Origin: Oligoflexia bacterium
GTDB taxonomy: Bacteria; Bdellovibrionota; Bdellovibrionia; JABDDW01
Length of the DNA: 59,063 nucleotides
Assembly (NCBI GenBank): GCA_043732305.1
Contig: JAYTHU010000195.1
Span: forward strand, 1 to 59,063
Direction of reading: 5' to 3'
The position numbers and the translations under genes were made by a program. The stretch's first letter is position 1; each line of letters begins with the position of its first letter. The notes beneath the pieces are model-generated. The model saw nothing but the letters and a program-made list of their open reading frames with translations. It did not search any database and was not told the origin of the DNA. Positions 49,942 to 59,063 of the stretch are shown here, piece by piece.

Positions 49942-49957
49942 TGGCCCTCGGATTGCA
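49942..49957 (+). promoter_or_regulatory. Sigma-54 -24/-12 promoter for the lipoprotein-PBP operon
   Basis: TGGCCCTCGGATTGCA, about 70 bp before the start. Confidence 0.68.
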
Positions 49958-50025
49958 ATTAGAAATATTAGAATTAAGTCTCTTTCGGAATCAGTTGCAT
50001 AAACTGACTAACAATTGGAGTGTTC

Positions 50026-50634
50026 TTGAAATCTTTATATTTACATGGCCTCGCTCTCACTTTAACTGCTTCCCTCATCTGTTGCGGCAAAGGTCCCAAT
50101 GTGGGTACGGCTGCTGGCGCTAATAGCCCTGGTGAAAACATTTCCTCAAGTGACAAGGTTATAACCGAAGGCAGACGCTATGCTACGGAATGCATCAAGG
50201 ACAAAAAAAATATTGGTGGGTTAATTTTCCCGGCTGCCCAAGTGATCTATGAACAAAAAGAGCAGATATTTTCACAAAGATATCTTATGTTCACGACTTC
50301 AAATTGCGTTAACGGCGGGCTTTCAGTGCTAGTTCAAGATCAGGGAACAATTACTCCTGCACTTGATCAGGCTGCCGAATCAGGTGCGGTAGAACTACGC
50401 TATGAAAAAACAACTATCACCTTAACCAACTCAATTTCTGTGGGCACTTTTAATGAAGCTATGGCTTGTGGGTTTAACGATTGGCAGTTGAATGTTGAAA
50501 AAAATCTAACCGGCGAGAAAGGCGAATGCTTCGCTAACTTAGCCAAATATTCCCGACGTACCAAGGTGACGATAAAAGACTCAACGCTTTCATTTAGTGA
50601 TAGACCTTATAATTTCTTGAAGGAAACTCTGTGA
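50026..50634 (+). CDS. Putative lipoprotein, Cys-containing, function unknown
   Basis: Hydrophobic signal ending ASLICCG (lipobox-like); TTG 50026 fits SD GGAG better than GTG 50020. Confidence 0.72.
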   Translation: MKSLYLHGLALTLTASLICCGKGPNVGTAAGANSPGENISSSDKVITEGRRYATECIKDKKNIGGLIFPAAQVIYEQKEQIFSQRYLMFTTSNCVNGGLSVLVQDQGTITPALDQAAESGAVELRYEKTTITLTNSISVGTFNEAMACGFNDWQLNVEKNLTGEKGECFANLAKYSRRTKVTIKDSTLSFSDRPYNFLKETL

Positions 50635-53264
50635 TTCTATTATTGACCGCATTGATCGCTCTAAGTAACTTCAATCCATTGTTTCCATCATTAAAAGATT
50701 TGCAGACAAAACCAAAATCAGAAATTGTCGAAATGTATTCTCACGCTTGTAATGAAATGCTTAACCCCATGGGTGGCACCACCGGCGGATTGGACATGAT
50801 AACAATCTTTCAAAAAACCTTGGAGTCTGCCAACCGCCTTTCACCAAACCAAAGCTCTGGCAAATCATTAAAAATGGATTTGGTCTCTAGCGTATTTAAA
50901 AAGATTTGCACGCCTAATCCAGACCCTGCATCTCTGAATGAATTCGATGGCGAACTAAAATTGGCCGAAGACAAATATGTTGAGATTCAAGAAGGTCTTC
51001 CAAACATTGGAGATCTTAGAAATTTCAAACTTTCACAGTCCACTTCTTTGTTAGCTACAGATGGCTCAACAATCGCTGAAATTTACGGAAAAAATGGACG
51101 CAGACGCTGGGTTTCAATCACTGAACTTCCCAAATATGTTCCTCTAACTTTTGTTGCCGTTGAAGACCGTCGGTTTTTTGAACATAAAGGCGTCGATGAG
51201 CTAGGTATTTTGCGCGCAGTAATTAAAAACTCATCGAGTCAAGGCCGACCTGAAGGCGCATCCACTATTACCCAACAGGTTGCGCGAAACATTTTCTTAA
51301 ACGACAAACTTTCCCTAGAAAGAAAAATTAGTGAGATGTTGCTCGCAGGTCAAATAGAAACTCAAATGCTGTTTCTGACGGGAAGTCCTACTGCAGCTAA
51401 ATATAGAATCTTGGAATTGTATTTGAATCTTATTTATTTTGGTCGAAATTCCTGGGGAATTTATAAAGCATCCGAAGCTTATTTTGGAAAAACTCCTAAC
51501 AAATTGACTGTCGCCGAGACAGCTTATCTTGTGGGACTTGTGCAAGGCCCTAATCTTTATCAAGTGAAAAATGCGCGAACTGTCGAACGTATGAATTTCG
51601 TTCTTAACAAAATGGTGGATGAAAAAGTCATTCCCGCCACTGCCGAGATCTCGCGTATGGTTGAGGCGTTCAAAATAACTAGAGAAACTAGATTCATTAA
51701 TTCGAACTATATTCGCGATTATTTGACTGACGCCAAAGGCGAATTGGCTACTCGCCAAGCAAAGATTCCGGATGGACAATTCACTCTTCAAACAACTATC
51801 AATTCAAAATTCCAAAAGACAGCTGAAGCAGCGCTTGAAGAAGGTCTCATTGCTTATGAAGTAGCAGCTGGTAAATACACATGGCAAGGCCCCATCACCA
51901 ATATCATGCCAGGAATTTCTAAAGGGATTGCCGAGTACAATAAAAATAAACAACTGAGAGATCTCATCGATTCTAAAATGGAAGACAGTCTTTTCAGTGT
52001 CGGCGCAGATGATGAAACCAAACCTGAAAAAATCCCAAATGCTGTTGAGAAAGAATTGCCACCTTGGTTTGCGGCTTTCATACGAGGAGCCCGACAAGTT
52101 TCAGTTCCGGTCGACACTTGGCAAGTCGGTGTTGTTCTCGAGAATTTAGCTAATGTTGGGTTGGCCGATGGAACATCTGGACGACTTTCACGCGCCTCTT
52201 TAACTTGGGCACAACCATTGAGCTATGGCGATTTGATTTATGTCACGCAGTCGGGCAAAAGTGAATACACCATAGTCCAGCCACCAAAAATCAATGGTGG
52301 TGTTATCGCAATGGATGTTGGGACTGGTGATGTGCTCGCGATGGTTGGCGGCTTCAGTTATGTTTTGAGTAAATACAATCGGGCAGCAACTGCTTTTCGT
52401 CAGCCAGGCTCTCTTGTTAAACCGTGGACTTACATGGCGGCACTCCAATTGGGCTATCAACCTAATTTGCTTTTGTCCAATGCACCTATTACATTTCCAC
52501 CTTCTTCACCTGGTGGACAGAGTTGGACGCCGCGCAATTTTGAAAACGAAAATTCCGGCGGTCCGAGACCAATGAGATGGGCACTCGAACAATCTTATAA
52601 TTCAATGACGGCTCGACTGATGGGAATGATAGGCCTAAGTCCGATAAGATTCCTGGCTAAAGAGTTTGGACTCTACAATGATCCGATCAATGTGTTTCCT
52701 TTCATTCTAGGTGCTCAGGAAACAACTTTACTCTCCGCAGTCAAAGCTTATTCGGCAATTGCAAATCAAGGCTACGTCGTGCCCCCCCATGTTGCGACCC
52801 TTTCAGCGGGAGAAGTTTTACCTCGACAAAAGATTAGTGGCGTTGATGACATTACTCTTTTCCAAATTCGATACTTGCTTCAAGGCGTAGTTCAAAGTGG
52901 AACCGCACGCAGCATGGCTAGCCAAGCTCAATTTGTAGCTGGTAAAACAGGAACAACTCAGGATTTAAAAGATGCCTGGTTTGTGGGCTTCACTCCTAAC
53001 GTTGCCATCGGAGTTTTTGTTGGCTACGACACACCAGAAACTTTAGGTGGAAAGTTCGCGGCTGCAAATGTGGCTCTACCCATATTCGATAAAATTTTAA
53101 AATCTAGTTACACTTTTTATAAAAAAGCACAGGCTTTTGCGCCGCCTCCCCCAGGCGTGGTGATTGCCCCAACCGATCGATCGACCGGTGAAATTCAAGC
53201 TGTGATGAGTAAAAACACTGTTTCTGAAGCGTACCGACAGAGCGCGCTCGACACTAAAAAATAA
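50631..53264 (+). CDS. Class A penicillin-binding protein (PBP1A-like) with an unusual N-terminal extension
   Basis: TG motifs EDRRFFEH.G, GASTITQQ and RK..E; TP motifs SLVK, SYN and KTGT. Confidence 0.92.
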   Translation: MILLLTALIALSNFNPLFPSLKDLQTKPKSEIVEMYSHACNEMLNPMGGTTGGLDMITIFQKTLESANRLSPNQSSGKSLKMDLVSSVFKKICTPNPDPASLNEFDGELKLAEDKYVEIQEGLPNIGDLRNFKLSQSTSLLATDGSTIAEIYGKNGRRRWVSITELPKYVPLTFVAVEDRRFFEHKGVDELGILRAVIKNSSSQGRPEGASTITQQVARNIFLNDKLSLERKISEMLLAGQIETQMLFLTGSPTAAKYRILELYLNLIYFGRNSWGIYKASEAYFGKTPNKLTVAETAYLVGLVQGPNLYQVKNARTVERMNFVLNKMVDEKVIPATAEISRMVEAFKITRETRFINSNYIRDYLTDAKGELATRQAKIPDGQFTLQTTINSKFQKTAEAALEEGLIAYEVAAGKYTWQGPITNIMPGISKGIAEYNKNKQLRDLIDSKMEDSLFSVGADDETKPEKIPNAVEKELPPWFAAFIRGARQVSVPVDTWQVGVVLENLANVGLADGTSGRLSRASLTWAQPLSYGDLIYVTQSGKSEYTIVQPPKINGGVIAMDVGTGDVLAMVGGFSYVLSKYNRAATAFRQPGSLVKPWTYMAALQLGYQPNLLLSNAPITFPPSSPGGQSWTPRNFENENSGGPRPMRWALEQSYNSMTARLMGMIGLSPIRFLAKEFGLYNDPINVFPFILGAQETTLLSAVKAYSAIANQGYVVPPHVATLSAGEVLPRQKISGVDDITLFQIRYLLQGVVQSGTARSMASQAQFVAGKTGTTQDLKDAWFVGFTPNVAIGVFVGYDTPETLGGKFAAANVALPIFDKILKSSYTFYKKAQAFAPPPPGVVIAPTDRSTGEIQAVMSKNTVSEAYRQSALDTKK

Positions 53265-54208
53265 TGGAGATGCTCATGCCGATATTTAATCTGACGAGTA
53301 AAAAATTATTTCTTTATTTCACTTTGTTGCCAACACTTTATTCTGCTTCAGCCTATAGTGCGGTCCGCATTGTTCCTATGAAGAATTTAGAATTTAAATT
53401 GGGCAGTAGAGTTCCCGCCGATGGAGAAATTTATTTTAGCTACACCGAAAATCTGATTCCTTTTGAAACATGGGCGAATCGCATTTACTCGGGCCCACTC
53501 ATGATTAAAGATGAGCAACTTGAACCCAAATTCGTTCCTACAAAAGATCAGCTCCGTCCACCAATTATTCCGGTTGAGATGTTCGAAGCTCGTTCTGCGG
53601 GCATAGTAAAGAAGCCAATTTCTTTTTTCAATGAAACAACTTTGAATAGATTAGAAACGATAAATAAAATCGATCCAACCAATATTCATATTCAACTTCC
53701 AGACAAATCATTTAAGATCAAAACTACGGTTCCTTTTCCAAAACCTTGGTCCGATATCATCCAAGCCAACCGTAAGCTTTTACCAGAGACCGTCACGGAC
53801 ACGCTAGTCATCACAAGTCGATATCGATTCATTGATTTGTCTGCAATCGATGCAACTCCATATGATCGTATAATCAATGAACTGAACATTTATGCCGGAA
53901 AGCCCCAGGTTTTGAATATTCAAGCATTCGTACATTTCAATCACATCGCAAAATGGGGAAACATGACCTCGCTTTATTATAAGGTCGATGAAAACCGAAC
54001 TTTAATTGTGAATTATTTTGCAATTGCGATTAAAGAAAAAGATCTCCGAATGGGTTTTGGCCAAATTGGTGTGCGAAGCATCTTACTTGGTCAGTCAGTT
54101 GGATTCGCCGACGGCAGTGCCGCAATCAATACTGACAAAGGCATCGGCGCAGGATTACCAATATACGTCAGAGACTTATTCTCCGGTATGTACAACGCCT
54201 GGAATTAA
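53264..54208 (+). CDS. Secreted hypothetical protein
   Basis: Signal-peptide-like N-terminus (AYS-A); TAATG coupling to the PBP gene. Confidence 0.75.
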   Translation: MEMLMPIFNLTSKKLFLYFTLLPTLYSASAYSAVRIVPMKNLEFKLGSRVPADGEIYFSYTENLIPFETWANRIYSGPLMIKDEQLEPKFVPTKDQLRPPIIPVEMFEARSAGIVKKPISFFNETTLNRLETINKIDPTNIHIQLPDKSFKIKTTVPFPKPWSDIIQANRKLLPETVTDTLVITSRYRFIDLSAIDATPYDRIINELNIYAGKPQVLNIQAFVHFNHIAKWGNMTSLYYKVDENRTLIVNYFAIAIKEKDLRMGFGQIGVRSILLGQSVGFADGSAAINTDKGIGAGLPIYVRDLFSGMYNAWN

Positions 54209-54780
54209 TTGCGACCGCAAAATTTATTTATTGAAACACCACGAGGACCAAGATTGGTACTCGTTTTTACAAGATTCAAAACTACGCCCGCCACACGATG
54301 ATTGTGAATTGGGCGGTCGAGTTTAAACCCGATGGCATCCTGAGGTGTTGAAAAAGCTGTCATGGGTAATTGGGAGGGCATGCCAGATCCCAAACCTTGA
54401 AGTGAGATAATATTCCCGTTAACTATCCACCTACCTGAAATAGGTTTTTTGAACGTGGATTCATAGGTGACGGTCTCCAAATGACTATCAAGCGTAGAGA
54501 GCTCTTCATACTCAGCATAATATGTTCCATTTGGGAAAAGCTGCAAACTCAACCCAAAAAATGAATCTCGACCGCTCACATCTTTTCCGATGCTGCTAAA
54601 GGTCCAAGTGGTAGCTTGATGAAACCAAACAGTTCGTATCTCGGAGCAATCTCCATCAATTTTATAAAGAAACTGATCGTAATAGTTTGCAGTATTGGCA
54701 GAACCGGCACCAACAGAAGCCTGAGTTACCAAAGACCAAGTTAGGAAACTAAATGCAGCGACCGAAAATTTTTTAAACAT
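54205..54780 (-). CDS. Secreted hypothetical protein
   Basis: Signal peptide; SD AAGGA; two Cys. Confidence 0.72.
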   Translation of the reverse strand: MFKKFSVAAFSFLTWSLVTQASVGAGSANTANYYDQFLYKIDGDCSEIRTVWFHQATTWTFSSIGKDVSGRDSFFGLSLQLFPNGTYYAEYEELSTLDSHLETVTYESTFKKPISGRWIVNGNIISLQGLGSGMPSQLPMTAFSTPQDAIGFKLDRPIHNHRVAGVVLNLVKTSTNLGPRGVSINKFCGRN

Positions 54781-54841
54781 AACTGATCCTTTTCAAAAGA
54801 TTACATTGCGCATTCTAAGTTAACGGGATGTATACCATGGG

Positions 54842-56071
54842 ATGCAAGCGAAGGACATACAGCGAAATTATTTAATCCTCACTTTATTTAATACCCTCTC
54901 AGGTTCGTTTATTTGGGGTATCAATACTCTATTTCTACTCGATGCGGGACTGAATCGAACTGAAGCTTTCACTGCCAATGCATTTTTTACCGCCGGCATG
55001 GTGCTCTTTGATATTCCAACCGGAGTAATCGCAGATACTCTCGGACGGCGTGCATCCTACCTATTGGGCTGTGTCACCCTCATATTGAGCACTGTGATTT
55101 ATTATTTTTTATGGAAACATCATTCGCCTTTCTGGATCTGGGCACTTGATTCCATATTTTTAGGATTAGGATTTACGTTTTTTTCCGGTGCAACAGACGC
55201 TTGGCTGGTGGATGCTCTTCAATCCTTAAAATTCGACGGCGCATTAGAAAATGTTTTTGCTAAAGCGCAAGTTGTCTCAGGAATTGCCATGTTCACAGGA
55301 GCAACCCTTGGCGGAGTTGTAGCTCAATACACAAATTTAGGTGTTCCTTATCTGATTCGTGCGGGTTTTCTTTTCATATCAATGATAGTCGCTTATTTAA
55401 TTATGCACGATCTCGGTTTTGCTCCCCACAAAATGGGTAATCTTTTTACCGCTATGAAAACAGTGATCTCTAAATCAATCAATGGTGGAATTAAAGTGCC
55501 GGCTGTACGATGGGTGATGTTCATCGCACCAGTCATGTCTGGGGTAGGGGTCTATGGTTTTTATGCTGCCCAACCTCGCCTTCTCGAACTTTTTGGAAAA
55601 TCAAATAATTATACGGTTGCCGGACTTGCGGCATCTCTGGTAGCCGCTTCGCAAATTATTGGCGGAGCTTCTGTGCCTTTGTGGAAAAAATTGTTCAGAA
55701 AAAGAACAACGCTATTTGCCATTGTCATCTTGGGAAGCGCAGTTTTCTTGTGCCTTTTTGGACTAGCTAAGAATTTTTGGATTGGGATTGCTTTGCTAAG
55801 TTGTTGGGGGCTCTTGGGTGCAGCAATGGCTCCGCTGAGACAATCTTATTTGAATAAGTGCATTCCCTCAGATGGGCGGGCAACAATTTTATCTTTTGAT
55901 AGCATGATGGGTTCAGCGGGTGGAGTAGTGATTCAGCCGATCTTAGGAAAAACCGCCGACGTATGGAGTTTTGGAACATCCTTTGTGGTCGGCGGTCTTA
56001 TTCAAATTTTAGCTCTGCCTTTTGTATACTTCGCCAGACGAGATGCCGGCGAAGCAGATCTTCTCAAATAA
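54842..56071 (+). CDS. MFS transporter
   Basis: DIPTGVIADTLGRR (motif A) and about 12 TM segments. Confidence 0.9.
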   Translation: MQAKDIQRNYLILTLFNTLSGSFIWGINTLFLLDAGLNRTEAFTANAFFTAGMVLFDIPTGVIADTLGRRASYLLGCVTLILSTVIYYFLWKHHSPFWIWALDSIFLGLGFTFFSGATDAWLVDALQSLKFDGALENVFAKAQVVSGIAMFTGATLGGVVAQYTNLGVPYLIRAGFLFISMIVAYLIMHDLGFAPHKMGNLFTAMKTVISKSINGGIKVPAVRWVMFIAPVMSGVGVYGFYAAQPRLLELFGKSNNYTVAGLAASLVAASQIIGGASVPLWKKLFRKRTTLFAIVILGSAVFLCLFGLAKNFWIGIALLSCWGLLGAAMAPLRQSYLNKCIPSDGRATILSFDSMMGSAGGVVIQPILGKTADVWSFGTSFVVGGLIQILALPFVYFARRDAGEADLLK

Positions 56072-56076
56072 GTTTT

Positions 56077-56862
56077 TTAAAAAACTTCTTTCAAGAAATT
56101 CTTAAAGTAGGCAAAAGCGCGCTTTTCGGAAAGAGAATTGTAAGCCGCTCCACCACTGGTGTCGCTACCAGCATTTGTGATTGTGAATGAATGAACAGTG
56201 TTTCCAAATGAAACAAATTGCCAATCCACCTTGCCTTTGCGCATCTCTTCTTGAAAGGCGGTGACTTCAGCGAGTGGCACATGTGGATCATCGCCACCAT
56301 GCAAAGCCAAGACTTTACCTTTGATGTTTTTTGCGTCTTCAGGAGTAGGTGTGTTCAGACCACCATGAAATGTGACTACGCCAACAAGAGCTGCTCCACT
56401 TCTTGCGAGTTCAAGAGCCGTTGTTCCACCGAAGCAAAATCCAATCGCTAGCAATTTCTTTTTATCGACAAAAGAATATGAACTCAATTTATCAAGTGCT
56501 GATTGGGCACGAGCGCGGAGCAACTTGCGATCGGCTTTGAATTTTCCAGCAAGTTTTCCAGCCTCTTCCATCGTTTTCGGTTGATTCCCTTTTCCGTAAA
56601 TATCGGCAGCAAATCCGACGTAACCCATTTTAGCCATTTGCTCTGTTCTCATTTTTGCTTCATCAGTCATCCCCATCCAATCGTGCACCACCAGAATTCC
56701 AGGCTTAATTTTGGGCCCGGCATCATCATAGACGAGGTAACCTTGAAGGACGGTGTCGCCCTGTCTATATTCGACAATTTCTTTTTTAATCTTGGCACTG
56801 GCATTCACAGTCACAAGGGTGAATGCTGTTAGTAACAATTTTGCTGATAAATTCATTTTCAT
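56077..56862 (-). CDS. Exported dienelactone hydrolase-family protein
   Basis: Signal peptide; HDWMG, GFCFGG, FHGGL and HSFT motifs. Confidence 0.92.
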   Translation of the reverse strand: MKMNLSAKLLLTAFTLVTVNASAKIKKEIVEYRQGDTVLQGYLVYDDAGPKIKPGILVVHDWMGMTDEAKMRTEQMAKMGYVGFAADIYGKGNQPKTMEEAGKLAGKFKADRKLLRARAQSALDKLSSYSFVDKKKLLAIGFCFGGTTALELARSGAALVGVVTFHGGLNTPTPEDAKNIKGKVLALHGGDDPHVPLAEVTAFQEEMRKGKVDWQFVSFGNTVHSFTITNAGSDTSGGAAYNSLSEKRAFAYFKNFLKEVF

Positions 56863-56869
56863 TTCTCCG

Positions 56870-58222
56870 TTAATTTATTTTTTGAAAACTATAAACAGAA
56901 CCTATTTTTAGAATTTGAGTGAGCTGATCGAGTGCGGTTCTTGATTCAACAAGAAGAAGAGGATCAGCGAGATCATCAGGAGAAAGTCGATCACGATAAT
57001 TTTCCTTGGCCCAAATCGAGAGTTCATCAAAAAGTTTGTCTGTAAGATATACTCCCTGATGCGATGCTGCCAATTCATTTTCATTCATTACTACGCGCAA
57101 TCTCAAGCATGCCGGCCCTCCGCCATTTCGCATGCTTTGGTGGAGATCTAGGTAAATGAGACTTTCGATTTCAGATTGTTCTGACATCAATTCCTGAAGA
57201 TAACGATGCACAGAAGGATTGTTTTTGCATTCCTCAGGCAAGATCAAAGCCATTTTTCCCGAGGGCAAAGAAATCAACTGGCTATTGAAGAGATAGGATT
57301 TAACGCTATCTTCCATACTGATTTTTGACGATGGCACTTGAATAACATGCAATTCTTGCCCGCAAGTTTTTACAAACTTTCTTTTTAGTTCGCTGATAAT
57401 ATTTGCGTTATCTAGATAAGCGTCGCCATGGCAGAAATAAACATTCTTGTTTCCCACCCCAGCCACATCATTGTGGAAAACTCCCGCATCGATCGCGGCG
57501 GGATTTTGCTGAGCAAATACTATGGAATCTGAATTTAATAAATGGTTTTGAGAAACTGCCTTAGACGCCTCCCAAGTTTGCCTCGCAGGAAAATTTCGAG
57601 GTTCTTTACTACTCGATTTTAATCCATGTCGACCGTAAACAAAAAATTCTAATCCAGGTGTTCCATAATCTGCGCAAAGGCGAGTATGATTGGCAGCCCC
57701 CTCGTCACCAAATGCCGGAGCACTTGGGAGCGCACTGTGATGTACAAAATATTTATCGTTTGTGAAAATACGCTTCAGAATTCTACCCGTTGTGGGTGTT
57801 TCAATCGATCGATGAAATTTAGAAATTAAATTCGCAGGAGTGAAATGCACTTTGTGATCTGCAGTGTCAGCGCTCGGACTGACTGTTGCGGCATTGGCGG
57901 TCCACATATTAGAGCCCGAACTAACGGCGGGAAGAATATCAGGCAATTCAATTTGCGCCTTTTTCAAAATATCTGCATCAGTGCCGGAAAATCCAATGGC
58001 GCGCAAACTATCCAAATGAGGTCTTTCGTGTGGAGGCAAAAGCGCTTGCTTGAGACCCATTCCCATCAAATTTTTCATCTTTGAAAGACCTTGCAACACC
58101 GCCATCTGCGGATTTGATTCAAGAGCGCGATGGCTCATAGAAGCAACATTCCCGTGCGAGAGGCCGGAATAATTATGCGTAGGTCCAACTAAACCATCGA
58201 AATTCACTTCATAAGTTTTCAT
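56870..58222 (-). CDS. astB: N-succinylarginine dihydrolase
   Basis: EVNFDGLVGPTHNY.GLS.GN, MWTANAA, DEGAANH, FHNDV and NGGGPACLRLRV. Confidence 0.97.
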   Translation of the reverse strand: MKTYEVNFDGLVGPTHNYSGLSHGNVASMSHRALESNPQMAVLQGLSKMKNLMGMGLKQALLPPHERPHLDSLRAIGFSGTDADILKKAQIELPDILPAVSSGSNMWTANAATVSPSADTADHKVHFTPANLISKFHRSIETPTTGRILKRIFTNDKYFVHHSALPSAPAFGDEGAANHTRLCADYGTPGLEFFVYGRHGLKSSSKEPRNFPARQTWEASKAVSQNHLLNSDSIVFAQQNPAAIDAGVFHNDVAGVGNKNVYFCHGDAYLDNANIISELKRKFVKTCGQELHVIQVPSSKISMEDSVKSYLFNSQLISLPSGKMALILPEECKNNPSVHRYLQELMSEQSEIESLIYLDLHQSMRNGGGPACLRLRVVMNENELAASHQGVYLTDKLFDELSIWAKENYRDRLSPDDLADPLLLVESRTALDQLTQILKIGSVYSFQKIN

Positions 58223-58320
58223 AGTCTAAACATACAAACACCGAATACATTATTCAACAGCAGAAAGCGAGTAGACGGATGTCATTGGACAAGGATTTGA
58301 ACCGATGGTCGCTTTCTACC

Positions 58321-58832
58321 ATTCCTGAACTTGCCGAAATTGAAACAGTTCGCCTTAATATCGTCGAGCAACTAAAAAATAAAAAAATTGTAAAGATCAT
58401 GCTCGACGACAAAGATAACTATCCTTTTGCTTTCGCTATTCCAAAGGAAGTTAAGAAAGCTCTTTGGGGCGCGAGGCTCCTAGGCGGTTTGGACGCATGT
58501 GGCTGAACGATTAAATCGGTCCTGCTCGATCAAAGTCTATTTGCAGGAATTGGAAATTGGCTAGCCGATGAGATTTTTTATCAAGCGCGATTGTCTCCAC
58601 ATCATTTGACGTGCGACCTAAAATCGATTCAAGTGCCTGAATTGCACAAGCAACTTTTAATCGTCGTCAAAAAAGCCGTGGCGGTTCGGGCGGATCATGA
58701 GAAGTTTCCTAAAACATGGATTTTTATAATCGATGGGGAAAAGAAAAATCAGCAAAAACATCTCGCGGAAAATTTCTGTTTGAAGACAATGGCGGCCGCA
58801 CAGCTGCGTGGGTGCCTAATTGGCAGAAATGA
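58321..58832 (+). pseudogene. mutM: Fpg/Nei DNA glycosylase remnant
   Basis: PELAEIETVR N-terminus (ATT where ATG is expected); in-frame TGA at 58504; H2TH segment IKSVLLDQSLFAGIGNWLADEIFYQAR; frameshift before GGRTAAWVPNWQK*; middle domain missing. Confidence 0.85.
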
Positions 58833-59063
58833 TTGGATCCCTCTTTTTTCAAGGACACCAAAAAATGAATCTGGCCCGACCAATTGACTTTGTCTTTGTA
58901 TATAATTTCATGATGAGAAAATATGAAATCTCCACACCATAGTCGTTAGCCGAGGTAGAAAATTTCATGCCTATCCGGTTGCGGTACAATTTTAGCTTTT
59001 GGCCGAGTTTTCTCAACCTTGGATATCATAAGCCTACGGGCGGGTTGCTGCGATAGCCAAGCG

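Noticed and set aside
58833..59063. Possible gene fragment at the right edge
   Set aside because: The minus-strand frames I translated are short or interrupted and match no family I recognise

Overview
About 59 kb of bacterial chromosome, moderately AT-rich and densely packed. Gene content and style suggest Bdellovibrionota/Oligoflexia, but that is an inference. There is no integrase, phage module or CRISPR array. The window holds about 50 CDS (stress, transport, signalling and envelope functions), one tRNA-Lys(CTT) and several decayed genes. Main points: (1) a translationally coupled operon encoding an AI-2E transporter, a patatin-like lipase, a secreted 761-aa di-heme protein with RoxA/MauG-superfamily-like motifs, a type-1 copper cupredoxin and a class-3 aldehyde dehydrogenase, which is a candidate undescribed oxidative lipid/alkene-cleavage system; (2) six sigma-54 -24/-12 promoters, five in front of general-stress-type or small stress-type genes (CsbD, DUF1328, SRPBCC+Zn-ADH, tail-anchored proteins), with a shared candidate enhancer motif and a local NtrC-type activator; (3) a sigma-54-type promoter in front of a lipoprotein / atypical class A PBP / secreted protein operon; (4) a histidine kinase with an ETR1-like ethylene-receptor domain that carries the etr1-4-type I62F change; (5) lpxD apparently starting at ATT; (6) pseudogenes not resolved by the ORF track (ppa remnant, mutM, PAS kinase, aldo-keto reductase with TGA at a Cys position, arsC cut by a probable IS end at the left edge). 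All family assignments come from motif recognition by eye; no database searches were run.
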